Of a stretch of DNA of 64,000 nt, positions 52,924 to 64,000 are shown piece by piece. Source of the stretch: Cenococcum geophilum (Eukaryota). The notes below the pieces were generated by a model that saw only the letters and a program-made list of their open reading frames with translations, had not been told where the DNA came from and made no database searches. The position numbers and the translations under genes were made by a program. The stretch is taken from NCBI GenBank assembly GCA_050273025.1, contig CP158635.1, positions 806,001 through 870,000 of the forward strand, read 5' to 3'. The stretch's first letter is position 1. Each line of letters begins with the position of its first letter.

Positions 52924-53099
52924 CTAGTATAGCGTAAAAGAAGTAGCGGTAATATTAGCGCAGAGTAGAAACTGAATATTAAGTATAAACAAACACGTTA
53001 GGAGAACTGAGGGGTAATATAATAACTCTTAATACGGAAATTAAAGCGAGTAAATTAAAACCCTAGTTATTCTTCCGCCTTACTAGCTAGGATAAGTTA

Positions 53100-54380
53100 G
53101 TTTTTATTTACTTTATTTTCTACTATTGTTCTAGCCTAAAGTAGGGAAGTATAGTATAATACGAAGTTAAAGGGATTACTAGATCTCTTTAAATCTATAA
53201 GGGCCGCACTAAGAAGAAGGAAGCGAAGGGAGGTATTAAGAGTTATTATCTAAAAAATTATTCGCAAGCTTAGATATTCGCTAACTCTTATAAAAACCCT
53301 TTTAAGAACCCTTATCTTTGGCCGCTATAGGGAGCGTTCCTAAGAAAGTCTAAAGAATTTAAAGTAGGATATAGTTGCGCGTTAATATCTAGAGGATAGG
53401 AGGCTGTATAATCTACAACCTGTATTAGTAATAGAAAGGATATACTAAAAGTCTACTAGTAACGCTACCTTAAATAGCAGAGCCGTATATTTAATGCATT
53501 TTATAGTTATTAGTATTTAAGGCAGGATTCATTCCGTAAAGCCCCAGTAGGTCTTCGCCTTTAGACATTTTAAGAGCTAAAGAAGTGCTTTCGCAGTAAG
53601 ATATCTGCATTAGGGACTCTTAGTAGCTATAGAGTTCCTATAAGTAACGCTCTTCCTAATATATAGTATAAGTACTAACCTTATAGAACGTTCTTCTTCC
53701 CTCCGTTCTATAATTCCTATCTCATTTAATTCTAGGCTAATATAGTAAGTAGTGTTATATTCCTTCCTAAAAGCGCTATTTATAAGGGTTCCTTCTAAGC
53801 CTATTAAGCTAGATTAGTCTTAAGCTATTCTTAACTAACCCTAACTATAATCTCCGTACCTTCTATAAAATCGTTTAAAGCTTTACTCTAGTCTACGGGA
53901 ACTTCGCTAACTCTAGTATCTTTACTATAAATAGCGGGTTTCCTCCTACGGCGGGCGGTAACGGTACAATCCAACTTGTATATTACGCAGTTGGTGCATA
54001 GTGCTCCATTTTTACTAAAGTTGCACCTTATCTTTTAGTATCGGCAATAGTTGCAAGCCTGCCTGGCCCTTAACTATTTCCTAGTCCTAACAGCTCTAGA
54101 CGCAGTATTACTAAGCCTTTACAGCTTAGCGGTATCTTCTAAATTGGTATCTACGTCAGTGCTAGATATAGGCTATAGGGCGGCGCCTTTAATCTCTGGC
54201 TTCGATACTAGCAACTCTCCGTTATAATAGTATAAACTTTATAACTCGTATCCTTTTATATCGTGCTTAGAGATACTATTAGCTACTAATAAGGCGACTA
54301 ATTGCCTATTCTTCTCTACTAAAAGCTATATAAGAGCTTTGTTTGCCTATAAGGTACTAGCTTGTTTTTTAGGGCCGCAA
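53100..54380 (-). pseudogene. Zn(II)2Cys6 binuclear-cluster transcription factor
   Basis: RARQACNYCR..KIRCNFS.NGA.CTNCVI.KLDCTVTARRRRKP; all six Cys codons intact at 53966..54055. Confidence 0.88.
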
Positions 54381-54595
54381 TATAAGCTTTCCGTCAACGA
54401 CGTTAATCCTCTTTAGTGCAGTCTTAGGCCTATTTAAGTTAGCCTCTAGGTACTGTATAACAATCTATATAATAAAATATTAAGGCTACCGTCTCTAAAT
54501 TTCCCATACTAATATAATAGTTAAAGGATAGTCTATTATAGATTATAAGCAGGACTTAAAGTTTAAGTTTCCTTAATATAGTACTTCTTAGTACT

Positions 54596-54737
54596 CTAGC
54601 CCTCCCTAGCCCTCCCTAGTCCTCCCTAGTCTTCCCTAGCCCTCCTTAGCCCTCCCTAGTCCTCCCCAGCCCTTTCTAGCCCTCCCTAGCCCTCCCTAGT
54701 CCTCCCTAGCCCTCCCTAGCCCTCCCTAGCCCTCTTT
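54596..54737. repeat. (CCTCCCTAGC)n 10-bp tandem array, about 13 units
   Basis: Read directly; same unit and strand as 50205..50280. Confidence 0.95.
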
Positions 54738-54799
54738 ATAATTCCCTTATAATTATATAGGGACTATAAGGCTTTTTAAGGTTTTTATCCCTACCCTTT

Positions 54800-56217
54800 C
54801 TCCTAGGCTTACTAGCCTTATATATTTCTACAGCCCTTAATCGGCCTGACCCGTTATCTAACCTAGGATTTCAGAGTTTAGATTTGGAGATAGAATAATT
54901 TCCCTAGCTTAGCGCTGGGCGTAACACTAGGGCACAGCTAACTAAGCTAGAGAGATATATTAACCGGCTAGTAGAATAAAATATTTCCTTATAAAGCTAG
55001 ATAAATTATAGGATAGCGGGCTATAAGTGTGGTTTTTTAAGGTAAGCGGAAGGTACGTTAGTAAAGCCTTAATATTCTAAAGCTACTAAGAACATTTTAA
55101 TAAGGCTAACTTTCCTATATTCCGGCAGCGCTTTTTTAATCTACAATTTTGCCTATAGCAACCCTAAGTTTAGTAACGGACATTTGCCAGAAATCTATTT
55201 TACCGGCCGCCTTAGACCGTAATGGAGTTTCTGCCTCTATAAGCGTCACCAGGGCCGCTTATAATACCTTAAATAATTAAAAAACTTCCGTTAATATCAC
55301 TAAAACCTTATAATATTAATTAGCCTATACTACTTGCCGGAAAGCTAAAACGAGATATAGTAGGGAATTTCTATGCGGCTTCTGTAAGACTTTAGGTCGG
55401 AGTTATAACTATTAGGATATTTTGGCTATAACGGACAAAGTAGGCGGCTAACTATAAGTCTGGCGGCCTAAACCGCCGGGCTATAGCCACGCCTGGAATT
55501 CCGAATTCCTATAGAAAATGGATTACGTTTTAGCGAATTAAAATAACATCTAAACAGGAGATATAGGTCACTAGCTAAATGCCTAATAACACGCGTATAA
55601 CTATCTAAACTAGCCTAGGTATAATATTCCCGGTACCTATAGCTAGCGAGGTAGACTTATTAGAGGTAGTTGCCTTAATAGGCTGTGCATTATTAGTACG
55701 TCTCCCTCCTAGATCCCCTTTAGTTTACTATACCGCTATTATAGTTACATTACTAATATGCATCTATATACAGCTTATTATGCTCCTTACTGCCATCTAA
55801 TATAAGAGCGTAATTTATGTTAGTTTTAAGGCCGCCTGGGAACGTTTATACTTGCTAGTAGGATTAAGTAAGACAAAGGGTAATAGTTAAAAATTAGTGG
55901 CCTATATAAACATAATAGAGGTAAAACTGCTTAAGGGCTGTTAGTTATGGTAGCTAGATGCCGCTAGGTAGAAGGCGATTTTCTTATATGCTATTGTTTG
56001 CTATAAAGATGGGATATAAGTAAATTATATAGAGGCTGCTAGTCTTATGCAAATAACTATATATAAAGAGCCATATCTTATAATATATATAAGCGTCCTT
56101 AAATCTAAATATATACTGGGATATTAATAGGACGGATATACTAATAAGCCTTATAAAACTCGCATTAATGTTAAATTTCCCATTCGAAGTTCTCTTAGGT
56201 TGTTTTAGCAGCCTTAA
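54800..56217 (+). pseudogene. Second Zn(II)2Cys6 protein, divergent from the first
   Basis: A(C)TTCRKAKTR(C)S(G)EF(P)CGFCKT.GRS(C).Y at 55326..55406; three Cys codons are TGT>TAT RIP changes. Boundaries approximate. Confidence 0.75.
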
Positions 56218-57049
56218 AAATAGCTTAGATGCTATTATTTCTATATACTAAGTATTCTTCGTAAGTTTACGGATAATCCTACACCTTATAGTAGTCATAT
56301 TAGAAGTTAAAATATATTTATAAATATTATAAAAAATTAGAGTAATCTAGACAAACCTAATAATAAACTTTAACCTCGCCTAATTTATTTAATTTTTATA
56401 GGTTATTTTATTCTATATTTTCCTAAAATATATTACAAACTTAGCCAATTAAGGCATGAGCATAGTAGTAGGATGTATATAAGCCTGTGTAATTAGATTA
56501 TCTATTAATAAGGATACAAAGCTAAAAAAAGGAAAAGAAAGGAAAAGAATAGTTATACCGCTTAATATTAGGCTTTATATATCCTCTAATTACATACTAT
56601 AGTTACGTATCTGCTACTTTCTGCTATCCCCCACAGATTGCCGTTTTCTATTAGTGCCGTAATAAAATCTAGCTAACTTAGGCCAAAATCTTGTATAATT
56701 TTAACGGCGTTTTAATTGCCTTAATAAGCTTATAAACTTAATATCGCCTAAATTTTAATAAAAGCGTTAGTTTTTGCTAGATCGTTAACTTGTAAATATT
56801 TATCCTAATAAATTATAATAGAAATCCAAACGGCACCCTACCCACGCTTATATATATCTTTTTTTTATAAACTTCTTAGCTCTATCTACTATTGCCATTT
56901 ACTTTAAATGCTTTTTAGCAGATATAGCCTAAAGTTATTATTATAGGCTTTTGGTCCTTCTAGGCCGTAGCTACAATATTCTATTAAGAGATCGCTAAGC
57001 TAGGGAAGAAAGGCTTAGTCTAATTACTAACTAAGCAATGCAGATACGC

Positions 57050-58680
57050 AATGGTTCTACAGCCCTTAATTCGTTTATTACCTCTTATCTAAACTCTAAA
57101 ATGGCAATATATAGTAAGTAACCCTGTTTAAGTGCTATCTTAAACTAATAAGCATAAGGGAATCTTCTACCCTTCTTCTTAAACAGCTTAGTTGCTAAAT
57201 TATTCCCCCTACTACTAAAGAGTAGTTTCCTCTCCCAAATATTAATATTACCCAGTTATAGATATTCCTAATTTTCCCGTATATAGCGTGCACTTAAGGC
57301 TCTTAAAGAGCGGCTTAGTAACCTTAAGAAGAGCATTGGAGTGCTATTTATTAAAGTAATGCCGTTTAACTCTAATAAGGTAGAGTATGTTCCGAAGTAT
57401 ATTAAATTATTAAGTATTGGTATTACACGTTTAGAGGGCCTAGTTAGTGCTTTATTTAATAATATAGGTAAAGCTAGGGTTATAAAGTAAAGGGGTAAAG
57501 GCGAGGTTTGTCTAGTTATTAACTATAGCAGAAAATATGGATTTAAGAAAAGATTACGCAGGCATATTTAAGACACGTCTGGCCTAGGCTATAGGATTTA
57601 GGCTAAGGCTATTGCTTGTACCTTCTGTATAGAATATAATATTAATCTCCGCAGTATTAATAGTCTCTGGGTTTATAACAAACAGTTTTACCCTAAAATA
57701 TCTACGTGCTAAATTAAAGTTTACAAACCATTTATAAGAGTTATTTTGGGTAAGTACCTCACAAAAGCTTTATTTAATCCGCTTATGCTAATATTAGTAT
57801 TATTTTTTAAGACTCTAAGATCAGCTTCCGACGCGGAAGCCCTAATAAGGAGCGTAGCCGAAGAGTTTTCTAGGTTATACTATTCTTAGAATGCTATAGC
57901 CACCCCTTAGAACAAGCCCCCCCTAGGTTCCACTACTACCGGTTTTAAGTTTAATTTAGATCCTCGCGGAATAGTAGTAAGGAATCTTAGCGAGCTTGGT
58001 TTTAATGCCCTGGCGGGTTTTAACTATGCTTTTATATATAATATGGCTAATATTAAGTTTAATATAGACCCTTATAGAATAGCAACAGGGAACCTTAATA
58101 AGCTTAGTTTTAATGCCCCGGCGGATTCCAATAGCGCTTTTATATATAATATGGCTAATATTAAGTTTAATATAAACCCTTACGAAATAGCAATAAGGAA
58201 CCTTAGCAAGCTTAGTTTTAGTGCCCCCGTGGGTCCTAATAGCGCTTTTATATACAACGTGGCTAATGTTAAGTTTAATATAGACCCTTATAGAATGGCA
58301 ATAAGAAACTTTAATAAGCTTAGTTTTAGTGCCCTGGCGGGCTCTAATAGCGCTTTTATATATAACGTAGCTGATTTTAAGTTAAGTATAAACTCTTATG
58401 GAATAGTAATAGGGAACCCTAGTAAGCTTGGTTTTAGTGTCCCTATAGGTTCCAATAGCGCTTTTATAGGCAATGCTATTAGTTTTAATTTTAACCTAGG
58501 CGGTTACGGTAACCTAAGCATTAATTAAGAGAGCTGCTTCTTAAGCGGCAGGGAGGAGTGGCAATAATTTTTCTAATAGGCTACTAGATATAGTGTTTTA
58601 GTTTAATATATAGACTACATTAATATAGCAGGCGGTGTTTTAAGCATGGAGTTTTATTTAGTGGCACTTTGATTTTTCTA
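57050..58680 (+). pseudogene. Unknown protein with C-terminal 36-aa tandem repeats
   Basis: Protein-like frame upstream; ORF track 58043..58528 covers the repeats. Confidence 0.5.
57935..58510 (+). repeat. 108-bp tandem repeat, about 5 units
   Basis: Unit starts at 58043, 58151, 58259 and 58367, with a diverged unit before. Confidence 0.95.
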
Positions 58681-60349
58681 AGTAATTAAATAAGTTAGGA
58701 TTTATGGCGAATTTAAGAGCGCTTCTAAACATAGTAAATAACTATAGCCCTTCCTACCCTACTAATGGGGTTTGGAGTTAACCTCCTAACCTACCTATTA
58801 TAAAGAATAGTATCTTCTCCGTAAGCTTTAATCCTTACTATATTATTTGTCGTCTTACCCTAAAGACTTATATTATAAAGTATATGCCATTTTTGAGTTA
58901 AGTCTCCCCTAAGATAATAACAAATAATTTTAATAACCTCTATCTTGCTAGCAAGTTCCTTCTAGTCCTCTAACCGCCTAACTATTAAACTAGAATCCTT
59001 AGGGAACTCTCTGTTATTATAATAGGAGCTTACGAATTTGCCATCGTGAGGTAGGCTTAGGGTGCTTAGGATACTTTAAATATGCTAGTAGGTGTTAGCT
59101 TATATTGTGACTAATATTTATAAAGGAAGCTAAACCGGGTTCTGCTTAACCTGCTACCTTAATATTTCTGGCCTTAAGCCCGTAATATTTTTTAATACTA
59201 ACTAGCTATTATTTTTAAGAGTTTAGCGGATAAGAGCTTATGCAGAAGGCTAAGAAAGATCTAAGGTATTGGGTTTTTCTATATCTTTTTTAAGAATTTT
59301 AACTTAATAAGAACTTATCTCTAAATAATACAAAAAATGTTGGCGTGGGGTAGTGTGGGATATTGTTCTACTATTAATGCTAAGAAGTGCTCTAGACGAC
59401 GTTAGTGCCTAACATCTTAGTATATAACCGTTGGTGCTTCTAAAAGAGACGAACCATTATTACCGTTATTAAGCTTAAGTGAATTTGTTCCTACTAAAGT
59501 TATTATTAGCTTGCACTTTTAGCTCTAATAAATTATATACTAGCTTGGTAATAGTCGCCGTAGGGAGCCTAAGCAACGCTTTTGGCATTTTTACCTGCCT
59601 GCTAGCCAGGTCGTCTTATCGCACGCTTAGTTGGAAATGGATTAGATATTCTATTAGCATTAGCTAGAGGATAATAGGAGAATTCCTAAAGTTAATAAGA
59701 GAGGAGTCTGGTGTTCAAAACGATAGAAGGGTGCTTACTCTTAGGTAGGGGATTTAGGTGTAAGTTTGCCTTATAATATACAAATTAGCCTATATAGGGC
59801 GCATTACGCCCTACTTCTATCCTTCCTAGCGCGATGCTGTAATTTACTTTCTTAGCCTTTGTCTATGCTAGAGCTTGCCACCTAGCTCTAGTAGTCTGTT
59901 AAGACTTTATATAGGTTTTATCTAGTTAAAGCAGCATGCCTAAAGGGAGGATTAGTATAGATAATAAGTATTATAGCTGGGCCTAGGTTAAGAAGACTAA
60001 CTAATTAAGACTAATAGTTTACTAGGGCTTTTATGCATTACTAAATAATTAAAATATGTCCTATATGTGGGTAAAAGCCGTCACCTACTTACTCTGATAA
60101 ATCGTAGATCGCAACACCACCTTTTATATAGAAAATGTGGAGATTTAGATACTAATAGCTAATATATAGAGTTAGAGATAAAGTAGAGGTAGTTCCTTAT
60201 TTAATCCTAATTATTAAGCCCTATAACAAAACAAGACCAAAATTTAAAGGTCTAAAGTATGGGCTTTAGGACTAAAGGCGTAACGCCTAAAAGCCTAGTC
60301 TAGCCGCTAAGTCTTATAAGGCATAACGACTATAATTAATAGGTCTGCG

Positions 60350-60550
60350 TATACGGGCACTAGGATTAAAAACGAGACGCTATAAAGCATAGGTGCCTAG
60401 ATAAAAAGTGACCCTATAAAGCACGGGCGCCTAAATAAAAAGTAATCCTAAAGCACGGGCTCTGGCACTAAAAGTGATCTAAAGCTTAAGCTCTACTATA
60501 AGAATTCCAGAGTATAAGCATCTAGGCTAAAAACGAGACGCCTAAAAATG
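60350..60550. repeat. Degenerate ~30-33-bp tandem repeat
   Basis: AAAGCACGGGC...TAAAAAGTRAYCCT recurs about 4-6 times. Confidence 0.7.
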
Positions 60551-63500
60551 CGATGCTCTCTAGCTGGGCCACTAAGGTTTATCGCGGGGGACTGATTAAA
60601 TACTATCCGAAGCCGATTATGTCTACTTTAAGCGCTAAGTAACGGAGCAAAATGAAGCAAAACCGTATCCTAAAAGTATGCTGGCTGCGTGCATATGTAT
60701 ATATATCGTGGCCCTCGTTTATTTATATAGATACTCTTCGCCGCTATTATAATAAAATTAATAACTCTCCTTTAGTATATCTTAACTACTTATATATTTA
60801 TCTACCTAAGTTTCTACTTCTATCTTTATTTTTATAATAGAAAACAGAAAGTAATACAATAAGCTTTAGTGCTAGCTGCCCTCCTCTTATTACCCCAATT
60901 TATTTCTACTATTGTTTTAGTTATTATTAATGCATTTTGGGATTATATACGCTATACGTCAAACTATAGTTAATTTTTAGGCCAGAAACAGAACTAATAT
61001 CTTATTATAGCTGACGCAAGATTACCGCTTATTATTTTATATAGGTTTGCAACTATTCCTCTAATCGCTAAAGTAATTTATAAAGTAAATTTAAAGAGGG
61101 GTAAAGCTAATGAATATAGTATACGTCGCTAAATAAAGTTCTTTTTAAAGCTAATATTGGCAAGCCAATTTTTACGGGAATTGGGGCAGTAGTGTTCTTA
61201 TTAAGAATAGCACTCTTTAGACTATAGGTTCTTCCTATATACTCTCCTAACCTTTCCCTCTAACCTATATCTATAGTTTAGTTGCTAAAGCAGGCTATAT
61301 ACCCCTTTTAGAGAGTTCCTACTTTTGGTTTATATTAGAGGTTAGCCTTATTAGCCTTAAAGAGATCTTTATTGCCTATATATATTTAATTCTCCTTAAA
61401 AGCCGTATTAAAAGTAAGAGCGGTTTTATATATAGTTATAGCTCCTACCGCCAACAATTACTCCGTTTGTTTATTATAGAGAGTAACAACCTTGTCCAAA
61501 GGCACACTATAATAGTCCTTATAAACGCTATTATAGTACTCCCTATCCTAGCGTATACGGCGCTAGCACCTACTTATAAGGACTATAATATCCCTTTTAT
61601 AATGGTAAACTTCTCCTTATAAAGTATGTCTAATTTATTACTAACTAGCTAAAGTTTTAAATTGCCTATATTGGCTAGAGAAGACCCTAGCAAATTATAG
61701 CGTAAGCACCTTCTACCACCCTAGCCAGTCTATTGCCCTCTTGTCCCTCCTACTATAAAAAGTCAGATAATAGCCAAACTGCTTTTATAAGCCCTTTGCA
61801 GCTTTCTTACTCTTTTTTAAAAGATAGTATATACTAAGGATTTTATTACGCGCGAGATAGAATAGAGGCAATTTTAATATAAGGAGATTGGTATATACTT
61901 GGCTTAACGCCGCTTAATTAGGACTTTTAGTATCTTTGGTTATTAATATCTTACTAGATCTATATATACCATTTTTAACGGCTTTCTTATACCCAATATA
62001 TTGCTTATATATTAAGATATAACAGTATAATTATTTTAGCCTTGCCTACTTCTGTTATTAAAATGGATTTAGTATAGCCTCTAATGAAAATATACGGTAC
62101 TAAATGCATGTCTATTTGGGGCTTACGCCTTATATAGATTTACAGGCGCCTTTTATAAGTTCTTATAATCCTTACCCGCATCCCTCCTTATCTACTATCC
62201 TCTTCACCTACATTCTCCTATACCTACCACTGTACTTTTAAACAAAATTTTAAATGCTAGTATAGAGAGAGGTCCTCTATAAGACCGATTTAATAGCCCT
62301 AAGCCTTCTCTTAAATTTACTTACGGTATAGTTACCGTTAAACCTAATTAGAGATTGAAATCTGTGTCTTCTCCTGTTTTATCTTCTCCTACTCTTCTTT
62401 TTATTTCCTTCCCTTCTCCTCTCCTCTCTCCTAACCTCCCTTCCCCTATCTTTACTGAAATTGAAGATTGTTAGTCTAATAAGGTAATGGAGGAGGAGAT
62501 ATAGGTAACTTTATCTACTTATTAAGAAACTAAAACTAATAAAGACAGATAAAGAAAGCCCCTTAGTAGATACTTACGCCAATTAAGGAGCAAGCCGACG
62601 GTAGTTTACAGCATAAGTGCGACAATTCGTACTTAGAAACTAAATATGATGAACTATATAAGATTGGGGTAAGAATTTGTAGCTTTATAGAATGAAAATT
62701 TGCTTATATACTAGTGTAGCTTATAGTAGAAGCTAGTCCTCTAGGATTATACATCTTACTAGGTTATTACCTCCGCATCTATTATATTCTTTCCTAAGTA
62801 AATAAAGTATTAATGCGCTATAATCCATAGGTATAACACAAACCCTATAAGGTTCTTCCGCCCTCTTTTAAAGGTTTACTACCTAGCCGCTAGTTCTACT
62901 AGGATAAGACCACCCCTTCGGACACCGCAGTTATTTATAGGCTGGTCGTGCTATTTATACAATTTTAGGGAAAATCAGGGAAGATATAGATCATTGGTGG
63001 GTGTTAGCAGGCGCCTATAGTAATAAAGCTAGAATATAGCACCTTCGCATTAGTACGGGATATGCAATAGGACTACCTTCGCTAAAGGTTTAGGGTCGCG
63101 TATCTATAGGTAAGAACTATAGAGTAGTTAAACAAAACAATAGATTGTCTTTACTGTATAGTATCCCTATCTTTATATAATATTATTAAAGTATACCTCT
63201 GTCCTACTTTCTACGTTAAAGTGGTGAGGATATATTGATTATATTTTCTACTTTTTTTCCCCTTCTATAAGAATATACGCCTTATATACAAGATAACCAT
63301 CTATTCGCTCTGCTCTAGGATATTTAATAAACATTTCTAACTAACCGGTATTATAAGCCTTAGGCTCTTCTTAATAGATTACGCACTTTTAGAGGTAAGA
63401 TTATAATAGTGAAAGAGTTATCGGGCTGGGATTTACTTCTAGTTCTATATAATATAGAGGAAGCTATTAAGGTGCTTTAGGCGTAAGAGGTAATAGAAGT

Positions 63501-64000
63501 GTTTTAGGTGTTATAGGTTTTATAGGTGTTATATATATTAGTATCGTAGGTATTGGTATTATAGGTGTTAATATTATAGGTATTAGTGTCGTCGGTAATA
63601 AGGTCGCGTGTTTATTACGCTAGTTCTCTAAACACGCTATAGCTAGAACATTTATTATAAGGCCGCTAAGGAGACTTATTTTTAAGGGAATATATAGACT
63701 ATATTCTAAATCCGCGGCGTTTTAAAATAATAATAGTGTTAAGGCACGCTCTAGGAGAGCGCCACTAGGCCACTTAATTTAATAATATAGCTACTCTTAT
63801 TCTATTAGCTAATAAGCAAAAGCTAGCTTAAACCTCTAGAGCCACTCTTAAGATATAAGCCCGAACTCTTTATTAAATACTCTCCCGCCTATTTAAGAAA
63901 AAAACTCTCCTAGGAGATATATATACCCTATTTAGGTACTTTCCCTACCTAAAAAGGCTAAAGCACCATATATAGGCCTATGTTCTACTAAATGCAACGC

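Larger units (their letters stand above)
1..64000. mobile_element. RIP-degraded cargo region of a probable Starship-like giant fungal transposon (no ends or captain recognised in window)
   Basis: Dense array of intron-containing fungal gene relics, all with RIP-type stops. Includes ferric reductase and RING-patatin genes, families known as recurrent Starship cargo. No DUF3435 tyrosine recombinase recognised. Confidence 0.6.

Noticed and set aside
62365..62455. Pyrimidine-rich tract, and 9/15-bp repeats at about 63490..63600
   Set aside because: Ordinary low-complexity sequence with no further structure seen.
1..64000. Starship captain (DUF3435) or DUF3723 gene, LTR retrotransposon pol, rRNA/tRNA
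   Set aside because: No diagnostic motifs recognised by eye; a heavily RIPed copy among the uncalled relics (e.g. 400..1650, 38280..40230, 58700..64000) cannot be excluded.

Overview
AT-rich ascomycete (Pezizomycotina-type) DNA heavily mutated by repeat-induced point mutation (RIP): TpA is abundant, CpA/TpG are scarce, CpG is largely kept, and reading frames are broken by TAA/TAG where Gln/Trp codons are expected. I found no intact gene. Protein calls below come from manual translation with RIP changes mentally reverted, so they are reconstructions with approximate boundaries. Recognisable relics are a ferric reductase, a RING+patatin phospholipase, a protein kinase, a secreted protein with a probable N-terminal His, a GNAT acetyltransferase, tandem ubiquitin-like domains, four zinc-finger genes, a truncated Fot1/pogo transposon and a hAT-type MITE. 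Ferric reductase plus patatin is typical Starship cargo, so this most likely is the decayed cargo hold of a Starship-like giant element; no captain recombinase was recognised here. Unexplained structure includes a ~950-bp non-coding, hairpin-rich, iteron-bearing element present twice in inverted orientation around ~27.7 kb, a duplicated three-gene module with independently expanded repeats, and two (CCTCCCTAGC)n arrays within the zinc-finger cluster.
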